The position numbers and the translations under genes are program-made. Below are positions 1-17,062 of a stretch of 64,000 nt of DNA, piece after piece. The notes beneath the pieces were generated by a model, which was given only the letters and a program-made list of their open reading frames with translations, was not told the DNA's origin and did no database searches. The DNA comes from Fimicolochytrium jonesii (Eukaryota). The DNA lies in NCBI RefSeq assembly GCF_025526975.1, contig NW_026515673.1:62001-126000 (forward strand). The letters run 5' to 3'. Within the stretch, counting starts at the first letter, position 1, and every line of letters starts with the position of its first letter.

Positions 1-1930
1 AACTGCCATTCAACCATCGCCTCCGCTGACTGATAAACTCCGGCACAGAGTCCGGCACGTCCGTTTCGGCAGCACTCGACGCTACATACTTCAAGGTATA
101 CTGACATTGCGGCTTGACACACAACTCCAACGCCAAAATTCGGTCCTCGGCAAGGTATAAATTGGCCGCGAAAATCTCCGTCCCCGACGTCGTCTCCGGT
201 CTCACTTCTCCTTTGAAGTACGACGCTAACGGACCGCGATTGGGCATATTATCCAACAGCGCTGTATATCGGTATGCGGAGAAGGCACCGGGGAGCACGC
301 CGATGTATCCGAATACAGATTCAAGGGACTTGTCGAGGTTGTTCGACACTTTGTACTCGAAGTTTTGGGCTGCGACTAGTGGGTTGAAGTAGCTGGTAGC
401 TGACATTTGGCAACGGATTTCGCCGCATGCTCCCGCGCAGTTCGGATCTCGCTCGAATGCCTTCCATAGCTTGTAGATACTGTTGGGTAGAGGGCGGGTT
501 CCGACATCAAGAAGCAGACAGATCTTTGGCTTCAGGAGCGGGCAGATCGCGTTGAAGAAGTAGCGATGGGAGTTGATCTTTTTCAGATTCTGTTCTTTTA
601 GCACGAAAATCGTCTGGACAGGGGGTATTCCATTTTGCGTGCTCCAGAAGTGTAAATCGGGGTCCAAGACGATTTGCGATGTCGATTCGTAGATGTGCGC
701 GGTCGTAGGCTTTTTGTTCACGGACTGCTGCTCCAGACCAGGCACGTAGATCCCCATCGTCTGAAGCGCCAACAAGAAACTCGGGTCGCATTTCTTACGT
801 CCGTCGGAAACAATGACAACGACAATCTTCTTCCACCCATCGACATCCCATCCGTACTTCCGCTTCTGACAGAAATGCTGGATGTTCTGAAACACACCGA
901 AAAGGGTTCTGTTGATCTCGGCAATCGTCTCATTGTAGCTGGTGATGACGATGGCGATCTCCGTATCGCGGTGGTATTCTTGCGCGGTGCGCAGAGTGTA
1001 GCCGTTGTTCACAAAGTCGTCTGGGTCACAGGTAGCGGCGGTATATTTGATCGTTTCGAATTCAGATCCCTTGTTGTATGCGACTCTGGCCAGTAGAGAC
1101 TCTGCGTGGTGTTCCGTAATCGTGAAATTTCCGCTAGAAGGCAACTTCACGGTCTTGCGTTTCCTCACGGTCCCTACGCCTCGGGATAGGCCCCCACTCG
1201 ACGCTGGGAATGAGTATTCCTCCTCACCCGGCACAACGAGCGTGTTGTTTGAGTCCATCGACGTCATCTCCAATGGGGGCGATAGTGGCGCTAATGGCCC
1301 GTTCTTCAAGCGGTTTGCAGCCCTGACCGCTTCTCCGGCGAATGTGACGCCGCGTGCGGCTTTCTTCGGTGATCGGATGACCTCATTGATGTCTCCTTCG
1401 TCGTTGTTGGATGGGGTCACAAAGAGACGCGGTGAGGGTTGCATCGAGGATGTGCCATATCTCTTTGCGGAGTTCTCCCCAAAGGAAGAGCCGTCGGCAG
1501 CCGAAGCTATGGATTGATCGAACGGAGTTTGGGGAAATTGAGCAGCCGGGAAGTGCACGGCTTGTGGGGGTTGATATGGCGCGGTGACCGATGTGCCACG
1601 CGGTGGCACTGCTGGGCTCGTATTTGCATGAGCAGAGTAGTCCGAGTTGGAGGGGCTCGGCGGGAATGGCACCCTGACTCTAGGGGGCGGTCTAACTCCT
1701 GCTTCCGGCTGAGGTTGCGACTGTTGACCATACGCCCCGGTCTGTGATGGCGCCCGTTGGTGTTGTGCTCTACCATATACGCTGTCACTGCGAGTCTGCG
1801 ACGGCGCCCGGCGGTGTTGTGCCCTATTATCGTCACTTCCAAAACCGGCCGCTGACGGTTGCACGTTACTATGGGTTGACCTCGACGATGCCTGCTCACC
1901 GGCCCAGGGGTTATGAGCTGAAGACGACAT
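1..1930 (-). CDS. CHS: Chitin synthase (division 1, class I/II/III type), 3'-truncated by the window edge
   Basis: Manual minus-strand translation from the ATG at 1930 is open to base 1. It contains KYTAATCDPDDF, LKEQNLKKINSHRYFF, LDVGT, NPLVAAQNFEYKVSNNLDKSLESVFGYIGVLPGAFSAYRY, YLAEDRIL and QRRRWLNG. It is absent from the ORF track because there is no stop in the window. Confidence 0.97.
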   Translation of the reverse strand, partial: MSSSAHNPWAGEQASSRSTHSNVQPSAAGFGSDDNRAQHRRAPSQTRSDSVYGRAQHQRAPSQTGAYGQQSQPQPEAGVRPPPRVRVPFPPSPSNSDYSAHANTSPAVPPRGTSVTAPYQPPQAVHFPAAQFPQTPFDQSIASAADGSSFGENSAKRYGTSSMQPSPRLFVTPSNNDEGDINEVIRSPKKAARGVTFAGEAVRAANRLKNGPLAPLSPPLEMTSMDSNNTLVVPGEEEYSFPASSGGLSRGVGTVRKRKTVKLPSSGNFTITEHHAESLLARVAYNKGSEFETIKYTAATCDPDDFVNNGYTLRTAQEYHRDTEIAIVITSYNETIAEINRTLFGVFQNIQHFCQKRKYGWDVDGWKKIVVVIVSDGRKKCDPSFLLALQTMGIYVPGLEQQSVNKKPTTAHIYESTSQIVLDPDLHFWSTQNGIPPVQTIFVLKEQNLKKINSHRYFFNAICPLLKPKICLLLDVGTRPLPNSIYKLWKAFERDPNCAGACGEIRCQMSATSYFNPLVAAQNFEYKVSNNLDKSLESVFGYIGVLPGAFSAYRYTALLDNMPNRGPLASYFKGEVRPETTSGTEIFAANLYLAEDRILALELCVKPQCQYTLKYVASSAAETDVPDSVPEFISQRRRWLNGS

Positions 1931-3073
1931 TTTGCCGGTGGCGGAGGTGGCAGATTCCTTGAGGCGAGACAACCGTTGGAAAAGAGAAGGGCTTCCCGTG
2001 AGAGCTCGGCGTTCGAATTGGGCTCAATTGAACCGCTGCCAAAAAGCCAGGCGGCTACTCTTCCCGCTCGATACTGTGCCCCTATTCCGTTCTCGGTACA
2101 GCCTGAACTCCCAGATGTGTCACTATAGAACAAGCCTATGCTGTACGATGCTTTGCGGAGCTGCGTGGTGGGTGGCCTGCCGATGTTAGGGCATTGTGCT
2201 TTCTATATAGTAGGCGTTTTGGCAGCCAACACATTTGTGGTCGGACTTTCGCACGCTTCGACGACCACAATCCGGTCGGAACGCCCCTTGTTTGTTTGAG
2301 CGGCCTTGAAACGCGTGTCTGCGTTCATCACTCCTGATGGAAACGCCCATAATAAGTGGAACACAACGCGCTCATTGTGTCACAGAGTCGAACCCTATAA
2401 CCCCCCAAACGCGTCCCAGCGGGAAAGTACACGCAGGAAACAGAACGCAGAGAGCAATGGGAAGGACATATTGGGTGGCATAATCGGCACTGTGATCGTC
2501 GTCACCTCAATCTCGAACCAAATTCAACAGGCCTTTGCCAAGTGAAGACGGTGATGCCTTCGCTTCAATCCGCCTTACGGAAAGAGGAAGCAGAAATATG
2601 TTCCGGTCGTCCTCGCAGATTCGGGAAGCACTTAGCAGCCGCCAGAATCATAAAAGTCTCTCACAGCAGAAGCACATGCACCATGGCCCCCATCAACCGT
2701 TGAGTAAGCGCCACGCGTGAGGTAAGCCGGGAAAAAAACGCGTGAACGTGATTTGCCGTTTGGCGAGGTTGGGTGTGTTTACTGGGTGTGATGGGGCTAA
2801 GCTGGGTACGACGCAGAGTGCTGCTGTCGCGGCGAATGTGATGAGGGTGTGGCGGCTGTCGTTGCTGGTCGTTGGCGCTTTTCCTTTTATACAGGCTCGC
2901 TTTTCCTTTGAGCTGCCTCGCTTTTCCTTATGTATTTTTGGCTTTCATAACAACCACATATTTCTTTCCTTCTGCTGCATAACCATTACATGGTAGTAGG
3001 ATACCGTCCAAGAAAAACTGCCTTATAATTACGGGAGTGTACATTCACATCACTGTGGGGTTGGTTAGATGGC

Positions 3074-3082
3074 ATGACTCAT
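3074..3082. promoter_or_regulatory. Perfect ATGACTCAT bZIP (Gcn4/AP-1 type) site between the divergent CHS and ABC genes
   Basis: Exact consensus seen; function inferred only. Confidence 0.3.
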
Positions 3083-3989
3083 CCTTGATCCACGATGACG
3101 CAATGAAAACCGGCGGTGGGGAAAATTTCATTATTGAGATTTGAAATCGAGTAATTAATTTCTTCCTCCGAGGGGAAGCACCCGGCGGTTGATACTTATT
3201 ACGCATTGCACATAACTCTCAAGGAGGAACGGGCCCCTGGTACCCTGGCCAGTAGCCATCGGTTTGGAATATTCCAAGCCGTGGGAAAACATTTGTGGGG
3301 AAGGAACTTGAACGTATCGCGATGCGCGCTCTCCCATTTCGGTGTCCGAGTTGCATTTTCATCATGGGCATTGATGGAAAGCCCACGAAGAGACGGCCAC
3401 TGTGGCGAGTCGGTCTCAACTCGATACATATGGACGTGGGCTCGTGTGTAAACGTGGCCCATTTCTTCGGACGTTCCAATCCCGACGGCGTTTGATGAGA
3501 TATGCGCTGAGAAGAACGATCCGACAGCGTCCATCAGGGGTCATGTGCCGTAGCCCTCCCCCCGTGGATCGAGTCTCCAGCTATGCCAGAAGGATTGAAG
3601 AGTACCGACAGGCGCGCTCTGATTGATGTTACTTCCCATAAACATTTTTTGATCATGGGCGTCCTTCTTTTACGACGCCAATCGGGTTGGAACTCCGTCG
3701 TTGGTTTCTGCTGCTGAGAAGGAGACGCAGATCCGTCTTGAGCGATATCTTGCGCCATGGTGGATATCTTGTGTGTGGGGACCGCAAGCTATGTCCACAG
3801 TCCTTGAACTCTCCACCCGGAAAAACATACTGTATACAAGACGCAAGCTGGCGGTTGAATAGGAAGCGTTTGTCCGTTGCGGTTATTCTTGTCCGTAGGA
3901 AGCCCCACCTCCAACCAACGCTTTTGGACAAAGCAAAAGTTCGTCTGAAGGTCTGAGACCAACGACCTCCCTCATCCCCCTCCCAAGCA

Positions 3990-8930
<4,941 letters not shown>

Positions 8931-9481
8931 TGAAAAATCCTTCCAGCCCTGCTTTTGGCTGGACTTTCGCACCTGGGCCCCTGTTTCGTGCCCAACCTAC
9001 TCCATTGGTAAACCTACCAATAATGCGTCTTTACGCCTGTTGAACTCTGTTTCATTCCGTTTTTTTTGTATCTTGGACATCTTATCTTGTATGCTTTATT
9101 CTTCCGTCTTTGTCAACTTGTACCATGGTTGTAATCACATAATTGGACACCCAATGGCCGCCTCGCACTCTTGTGAACTACTGTATATTCCACCGGGAGT
9201 TGTCAACACCGCGAGAGCGGATTTGAAACGCGTAAGTTAGCGTAACTTGGCTTTTTTCCCATCGACATACATACTAGACCACAATTTCAGGTGCCATTGC
9301 AGTCGGTATCACGGAACGCAGAGCGCACCATGCTAGACTCTCGTCTTTCCACAGAACCACAGTAGGATTGGAGCCCACTATCGGTCTGCCGTTCTTCTTC
9401 TGCTTGCTGAGCGTCGCGCGAAGGCGGATGGACGCACGAGAGGGCACGGGGTTTGGATTTCAGCTGGGATTGCCTCGCATC

Positions 9482-9586
9482 TTACAGTACAGTACATTCT
9501 GGCGACGACATTCGTGCGCCACCCTTACGTTGTTCCCAGTATCGTCCTTCGCATAGGCAAGTTAACATGCAGTTACTGTACTGTAA
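9482..9586. repeat. 13-bp inverted repeat (TTACAGTACAGTA / TACTGTACTGTAA) flanking about 80 bp
   Basis: Arms at 9482-9494 and 9574-9586 are exact reverse complements. The sequence is low-complexity, so this could be chance or a tiny MITE relic. Confidence 0.4.
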
Positions 9587-9918
9587 CATGCAAGAGCTGA
9601 CGGGGCTAACTTCGTATATATATATGTACGACACAGTGCGAGACGCGAACCAGCATATCTTGTACAGTACATACATATGTAAGACACCTGTACGACGTGC
9701 AACTCGGCGACCGCAATAACCCTGGCCGACCGCAATAACCCTATGAGTTCGCGACTCTGATACTGTAATAGGCCCTCCCGCGGCTTACGGTGGACGACGG
9801 TAGGGCTGGTCCGCCTTCGTTTGCTTTCTCTTGCCTGAGAAGCTTAGCCATCTAGCCATCTCACATCCGCCTTGGTTCACCGAGATTCTCGTACGCCCGT
9901 AGAACAGCGCTCCGTGCG

Positions 9919-12110
9919 GTGGTGGTTCTCGCTGTTCAAAACTCACCAGTATCGGGGAAGACTGGAACGAGAGTGTTCACCGATTCCAAAATGGCGGCCA
10001 ATCCTCGTTCGCTCACCGGGATTGTGAATGGGGACGATCCTTCGACAGCCGCTTTCGTCGTGCCTCTCAACAAGGAAGTCCTCAACCACGGCGTCGGTCG
10101 GTTTGCCGAGCTTCTTACCCAACAGGTTCCTCGTCTCCGGTCTCTCGGCAGTGGCAGTCCTCGAAATGGGTCGTCCTCTCGGAAACTGTTTGCGGAACAG
10201 GGACAACGTCCAACGAAGCTTTTCCGGATATGGCGCGTGGACGAGTCGCCAAGATGCAATTCCGAAGATCCAAGGCTACTTGCGGCCCACCAACATCTAG
10301 TTTTGCACGGCGATCTGATAGCTTTGCCGTTAAGCTCCCAGTTTGTGGCCACAGAGGTGCCTGAAGATTCTGATGAAGGCGACTTTTACGACGGGCGGTC
10401 AAAGTCTAGATCTTTGGACCTTCGTGATTGGTTTCCCTTAGTCCCTCCGCCGCGCAGCCACTCCAAGGGCGTAAACGCAATAGGAGGGCAGCCCCTCGAT
10501 TTCTTGGTGGAAATTGTTGACACTTCTAAGGAAGAGACGTTGATGATGTCGCAGAGTGGTCTTACGCCGTATGCTGCCGGTGAAAGACCTATGGAGGAAC
10601 CTTTCTCCGACCCATCCCCGGAAATGTCGCAAAGGAGACTTTTTGCCGCGTCATCTATGGCGTCCACTGTTCCCATCAAAGGAGCTTCGGAGCAATCCTT
10701 CGACATCCGACCTGCGAGCAATGAAATGGCCGAGCAAGCCCCGCCAGCGTACTCCTTGTTTGGCTCCGCATCGCTGTCGAGGGAGTACACCACGCTGACA
10801 CCCGCGGCTTCAATCGCCGAGACGACAGGCCTTCGCGATGGCGCGAAGGCCGAAACTGCCTTCCAAAAGCTCAAGTGTCCGTTCATGAGGTCACGCCAAC
10901 GTGTCATCAGTTGTGCCTTGCTCCTGCTCCTTGTCGTCGTTGCGATAATAGCTTCAACGACCGCCGTGGTCCTCAAGTCTAAGGCTTCTGGTGCTGCCAT
11001 GCGTTCGTCCTTACCGTCACAGCCGGGGGGCACCAGTACAGCCTCGTCTGTTGCAACACCGCAACCCACGAGCAAACCGATCGCACCTGGTACTATGGTC
11101 AGAAGGATAGTCCTCGGGGAGAATCGTACCTGGATCGCAGACGTGAAGGCTTCGCCTAAGGAGGATTTTCTGTATGTGGGCCTGAATAATGGTACCATAT
11201 TTGGCTGGAATCGGACCACATTGCTGAGGAGTACCGCCTCAGCTCCGCCTCCGGACGTGACGGTGACAGTCCCCGAATTGAGGTGGCTGTCCTTCGATAC
11301 ATGCGATGATCCTGAATCAAGATATCTTTACGCAAGCAGTGACGCATTTCCCTGTACGCTCTATCGCATGGACAGGCACGCGGAGCACACCCGCTCTGTC
11401 ATCCCGAATGGGACATGCGCCGCGCAGGTTTGCGGACGCACGACGGTGGCAGTGGATGAAAGTCCGGGTAGGATCGAGTTAGGGTTCGTATTCGCCAACG
11501 GGACTCGCCCTATCTTCTATTTGACGACTGGGCTGATCCCTTGCTGTCACCCGACGGCAATACCCTTGTCGCAATATCTTCGCCCGGCGGGGTGTCGCAA
11601 CGTATTGCCGCCAACATTGCGATCGATGTTCCTACCTTCCAAAATCGCTCCAACTTTGATCCCGACAATCCGCTGACTGATCCCGCGGTGGTCGACGTCA
11701 CAATGCAAGCGTACCTGGCCAACATCTTCTCCGCGGATTCAAACTGGTTGTACACACGAATCAACGAGACCGTCGTTGTTACGGGAAACAAACGATATGG
11801 CTATCCCCGGCTCCTGGCTTCATTTCCAAGAGATATCGACCCGAAATGTCCGAACATTTCGGACGAATACTTTCGCTACTTTGACACGAATATGTGGGTT
11901 ACCTCCGATAACCGTCGCCTTTTCTTTTTGAGGAACACCAGGGGCGCCGGACGGCGCTTTGCCCAAATCGACGCAGTCACAGGCCAGATCAACGGGGAAA
12001 TAGTGTCCACGGAGACAGGGGGCCAAGATCCGCGTGTGGCTACGCTCGGCGATTTTATCTTCATCGCACGCACGTTCACCCTCTCGCAGTGGAGCATGTT
12101 CCCCGTGTGA
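9919..12110 (+). CDS. Uncharacterised type II single-pass membrane protein with a WD40/beta-propeller-like C-terminal ectodomain
   Basis: Disordered N-terminus, hydrophobic helix CALLLLLVVVAIIASTTAVVL, Ser/Thr/Pro stalk, then propeller-like motifs (FLYVGLNNGTIFGW, LSPDGNTLVA, FSADSNWLY, VTSDNRRLF). A putative 44-nt GT-AG intron at 11428-11471 joins the two ORFs in frame. The start is uncertain (first ATG at 9991). Confidence 0.6.
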
Positions 12111-13136
12111 AACGTTCGGGAAACGGGGCCCCGTCGGCGTGGGCGTCACGCGGAGTTTCTTCTTAGCTCGTTCGATTAGACTTCTTTTGTTAGAATATCC
12201 CCCACTCTCTTGCTTCGTGCCCTGACCCATAGGCGTATCCTCTGACTACTATAGATAGATAGATTTTCTCCCTGATACCCTCCTTCTTTGTTCCCTAAAA
12301 CCGCTTCGCCCCCGGATCTCGAACCTCCGTACCCTGAACGAATGTAATAGAGAAGAGCTCGTATGGAGAAGTAGTTACGTACTGTACATTTCCTACCTTC
12401 TCGCGACATACTCCACGACAATTCTTACTGAGCTCCCTGCTCGCGATGTCTTTATATTCTTACTTTGACACATACTCGTTCCAAGAGACGCCCCTTGTTG
12501 AAACTCCATTACCTGCGCCGCAGTAGAGCGAGGCCACTGAAGGCGACCTGGTTCAAGCTTCGAAACCACCATTGCACCGCCGCTATCAAGATGTCGGTGA
12601 AATGGCGGTGTGACGACGCGTCGTTGGCAGAGATGCCACGCGTCGGGCTGACGAATCATGAAGATGCAGAATGGCGAGCGGGTGACGGCGCTAAGCGGCC
12701 GTCCCTACCTCCTGCACTCGCGCCCGCGGACAGTTCGTCCAGGACAGAATGGAGTGGCGCAATTTGCTGGCGCATTCCCGGCCTCCCGAGTCAAGCCCGA
12801 CCACATTCGGCGACATCTGAAATTTACAGATGGATGTGGGACTGAAAGGGGGCAGGCGACCAGACAGGAGAGGGCCTGGAGCGGAGCTGACCTCCTGCAG
12901 AGAAACAGAAATCGGGACGGGGGAGGGAGGCGGCTCTTTCATAGCCGACGGGATGAGGGGGAGGCTGGGAGCAAAGCGGGGCCACAGGAGAGTTTCGGGG
13001 GACCCTGGGCTGAATCGATGCCCCTTTTTTGCTTACGAGACGTGTAAGTTCTGACCGGGAGCGGTGGCAGGGTCCCGTCGTCGAGAATTACAGTATGTCC
13101 GCGGACGCGTTATGTTGGATGTTGGATTGTTAGGGG

Positions 13137-13160
13137 TGAGTCATGCGTGATGATGATTCA
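13137..13160. promoter_or_regulatory. Gcn4/CpcA-like sites (TGAGTCAT at 13137-13144, TGATTCA at 13154-13160) upstream of ILV6
   Basis: TGA(C/G)TCA consensus about 250 bp upstream of an amino-acid biosynthesis gene. Confidence 0.45.
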
Positions 13161-13392
13161 CATGCTTCACTCGCTTCCAATCTCCCAACTCTCAAGTCGT
13201 CCGTGGGAAACTGTGAACGAGGCGAACGAACAACTTCCCACAAAGAGACACCCTCTACGTCCTCAGAGAGTTAGTTCATATTCGCACCTATAGCCTGTGT
13301 TCGTTGCGGCTGTTCCAAAGCGGCTCTTTTCACCGATTCCACATACGTACTGTACAACGAGTCAGATCGTCTCAGAGCGCTTCCTTTCGGTC

Positions 13393-14552
13393 ATGTTGTC
13401 GATGCGTTCGACCCACGGCGGCCAGGCCACAATGCGTGCGGCAACGGTACGTTGGAGAGCTCTAGTATAGGCTCAGGTCACCGTGGTAAAGCGTCGTGTG
13501 CATGCCCCCGTCTCACGTTCAATCTTCTCTAGGCTCTTTATGTCGGTACTCGGACTGCATCTTGCGTCGGCGCAGGGCGTAGATCGTTTGCATCATGTGC
13601 GACCCTACGTACACAAGCCCCAACAGCGGCGCCCGTTCCCCACTTCCGTCGCCGCCGAAAGAAGCCCGCTTTCTTGGACCCAGAGCCCTTCTTTTCTTCC
13701 GCTGAGCAGGCCGTCAACAACATCCTCTATAACACCCCAACCGCAACTCAAGCTCCCATCACCCGCCACGTCCTCAACTGCCTTGTTTCCAATGAGCCAG
13801 GGGTGCTGTCGCACGTCTCTGGGACTTTGGCAGGGCGTGGCTTCAATATCGAGTCTCTAGTCGTTGCAAAGACGGAGGTCGCGGACTTGAGTCGGATGAC
13901 CATCGTGCTGAGCGGCCAGAAGGCGGTCATTGAGCAGGCGAGGAGGCAGTTGGAAGATATGGTGCCTGTATGGGCTGTCTTAGATTTCACGCACGGGAGG
14001 ATCGTAGAGAGGGAGATGCTCTTGGTGAAGGTTTCCACAGTGCCAAAAGAGCATGCTGTGCACTTCGATTATGAATCTCACGAGGCGGACGAGCAAGCTG
14101 TGAGTTTGAGATGCGCGACGCTAATTCGCGAATGAACGTCCCGGCGCATCACACTTATCGTTCTCTTCAATAGACACAGTCGACGCTCTCACCTTTGTTA
14201 GGAGCTGCGATGCAACGTCAAGCGATCACAGAATTGGCCCGTCTGTTTAAAGCTCGCGTCACGGATGTCAGTATCGATGGCATTATAATCGAATTGACGG
14301 CCAAGCCCGATAGAATCGACGCGTTTATGAAGCTTCTCAAGCCCTTTGGAATCATAGAGGCTGCACGATCTGGTATGAAGGCACAATTCTTTGATACCTT
14401 CATCAGGTCTCTCTACTGATCTTTACTCTTTAGGTGCGATGGCCATGCCCCGTAGTCCCGTGGATGGAGTGTACGAAGACGACATCACAGTAGAAGAAGA
14501 GGAAGAAGAGCAGCATGGCAAGATCGACGCGACCATGCTTCCCCCGGGATGA
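13393..14552 (+). CDS. ILV6: Acetolactate synthase small (regulatory) subunit, probably mitochondrial, multi-exon
   Basis: ACT domain HVLNCLVSNEPGVLSHVSGTLAGRGFNIESLVV, SRMTIVL, IEAARSG and C-terminal LPPG*. The Arg/Ser-rich N-terminus resembles a mitochondrial presequence. Confidence 0.95.
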
Positions 14553-15209
14553 ACTCATAAGAAACTCCACCGCGCTTCCCTGCTTCCACTCTAATATCAC
14601 AAAATCGATTAGCCAGAACGATGTGCAAATACACTATGTACATATGCCGAGAATCATGAAAATACATCGGAGAGCGTTCAGCCATTGTCTACGCCCGGAG
14701 TTTATCAATAGTAGACTCATCGCTATCACTTTATTCGGCATTAACCCTTATCTAGTACCTCAATTGTTCACGGCCTTTAGCCTCCTTCGCCGACGCCTCC
14801 TTCAACGCTGCCTGCGATGCCGCGCGCTTCTGTGGGTCTAGTCCCCCAATAAGCTCTTGTATAAGTGGGTCGATGTGGTTATGCGTCCGCGACATGCGCC
14901 GACACGGTTTGAAGTTGCGAGTGCTGCCAGCTTGCTTGTGCAGGTCGTATTGATATTGCTTCAGCCGTGTCAGCATTGTGGCGCGGTGTCTGGCTCCCAT
15001 CGGAGGCTCACCCGACGCACCGGATCACGGTAGCTTTCTTTGGGCCATAATGGGCGCAGTCAACGTCCAAGCCCCGTTCCCGAGGGTCGTTTGACTCGTT
15101 TCCATCGATTGCCGCCTTCGTCTCTTTCGTCCTGAGATGACCGGCCGAGATCTCTCCATCAATCTGATACCCAAACACACACATCTCTGACATAGAAACC
15201 GCCATCGCA

Positions 15210-17062
15210 ATGACGGTCACAAAAACCCCATCGCCCACCCCCACCTCCTCTCTCCGCCTCGTCCCCGCCTTCCAACATCTCAGCGACGCTCAAATCGCGC
15301 CCTTCGCAGACGCTGCCGAAACCCTGCACCTGCAGAAAGACGAGCTGCTCTTGAAGTCTGAACAGTTTCTTGGAGCTCTTTATGTTGTGCAGAGCGGTGA
15401 ATTGGCATGGACGACCAAGACGAAGGTGTCGGATGAACAGCCGGAGCAGAGGTCGGAGCTGCGGCCCGTTGGGGAGGGGGGGTATATGGGCGTTTGTGCT
15501 TTGGTGAGTGGATGTGCAGTTCAATGGAAAGTGCGCATCGCTCAAGCGGTTTTCCTGACATAATGGTGTCGATAGTTCTCGGATTACGCGGCACCCTCAG
15601 ATGTGATCGCAGTCAAACCAACAACCGTCATCAAACTCTCCGCCGCATCCGCGGAACCTCTCATTGCCAAAGACCCCGTCGCGGCGTCTTCCCTCATCCG
15701 CTACCTCTCCTCAGAGCTCTCCCAGCACTGGGTGGACAGTCTCGACGAAGCGAAGAATGCTGCACGTAAACCCGTGATTACGTTCTTTGTAAGTACTGAG
15801 TCCTGAGATCAACGCATATCTCTTCGGGACCGGGGCGCTGATGATGTGATGTCCGTTGTGAAGGATGCCAAACCGTACATGACCAAGGTGTTCAGGGCCG
15901 AGAATGAGAAACGAGGGAACAAGTTTGATTTTGACTTTGTGAAGCTGAAGTTGGATGAGAGCTCTGTTCGATTGGCTTCGGACTCGAAGGTATTCTATCG
16001 CGGGAGTCTGTCTCAACGCGTCGCAATGCATGCTGAATGCGGTTACACGTAGATCGTCTGCATCTTTGTCAACGACCAAGTCAGCGCCTCGATGGCCTCC
16101 ACCCTGCAACTACACGGCACCAAGATGATCGCGCTCCGCTGCAACGGCTCCGACAACGTCGATCTCGAAGCATGCACCAAGCTCAAAATCTCTGTTGCAC
16201 GGGTACCAAACTACAGCCCGTACAGTGTCGCAGAGCATGCGACGGCGTTGATGCTCTGCCTGAACCGGAAGCTGCATCGCGCGCATTCGAAGACTGTGCA
16301 TGGCGATTTCGGGCTGGATGGGCTTGTTGGGTTTGATATGCACGGCAAGACTGTGAGTGTGCGATGGGCGTGTCTGACGGGTTCGTTGTACCCCCAATTG
16401 ATGTTTTGAACGATCCACCAGGTCGGCGTCTGCGGAACAGGCAAAATTGGCCAATGCCTCGTCGACATCCTCCTCGGGTTCGGCTGCCGCGTCCTCTGCT
16501 ACGACAAATACCAAGCCGACTCGCTCAAATCCCGCAAAGGCGTAACCTACACCACCATCGACACCCTCCTCTCCCAAAGCGACATCATCTCCCTCCACCT
16601 CCCCCTCCTCCCAGACACCCAATACTTCCTCAACGACGAAAAGCTCTCCAAATGCAAAAACGGCGTCATGATCATCAACACCAGCCGCGGCCCACTGATC
16701 GACACCAAAGCCCTGCTGAAGCATTTGAAGACGGGAAAGGTTGGGTATGCGGGGCTGGATGTGTATGAGGGCGAGAAGGGGTACTTTTTTGAGGATAAGC
16801 GGCAGGAAGGGATTGTGGACGATGTGTTGGCCAGGCTGATGAGTTTCCCGAATGTGGTGATTACGGGGCATCAGGCGTTCTTGACGACGGATGCGTTGGA
16901 GAAGATTGCGGAGACTACTTTGGATAATATTGAGGAGTTTTTGGTAGGTGTTGCGCGTGATGACGTGCTGTGCGGGAAGGATGCATGTGCTGATCGTTTG
17001 AATTTGCTGGACAGTCGGGTAAAATGTTGACGGAACTTACCAACTCCTGTAACACGAAATGA
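15210..17062 (+). CDS. D-lactate dehydrogenase (LdhA-type D-2-hydroxyacid dehydrogenase) with an N-terminal cNMP-binding-like domain, multi-exon
   Basis: LdhA motifs IALRCNG, VARVPNYSPYSVAEH, GFDMHGKT, GTGKIG, INTSRG, LDVYEGE and TGHQAFLT. The N-terminus has LRLVPAFQHLS, LYVVQSGEL and, after splicing, GGYMGVCALFSDYAAPSDVIA, typical of a CAP/cNMP fold. Confidence 0.88.

Noticed and set aside
114..2133. ORF-track ORFs overlapping the chitin synthase region
   Set aside because: Explained as alternative or antisense frames of the chitin synthase.
14752..15244. Minus-strand ORF ending VIRCVG-TGA, a possible CxxU selenoprotein
   Set aside because: The sequence after the TGA does not resemble Rdx-family selenoproteins, and no SECIS was recognised.
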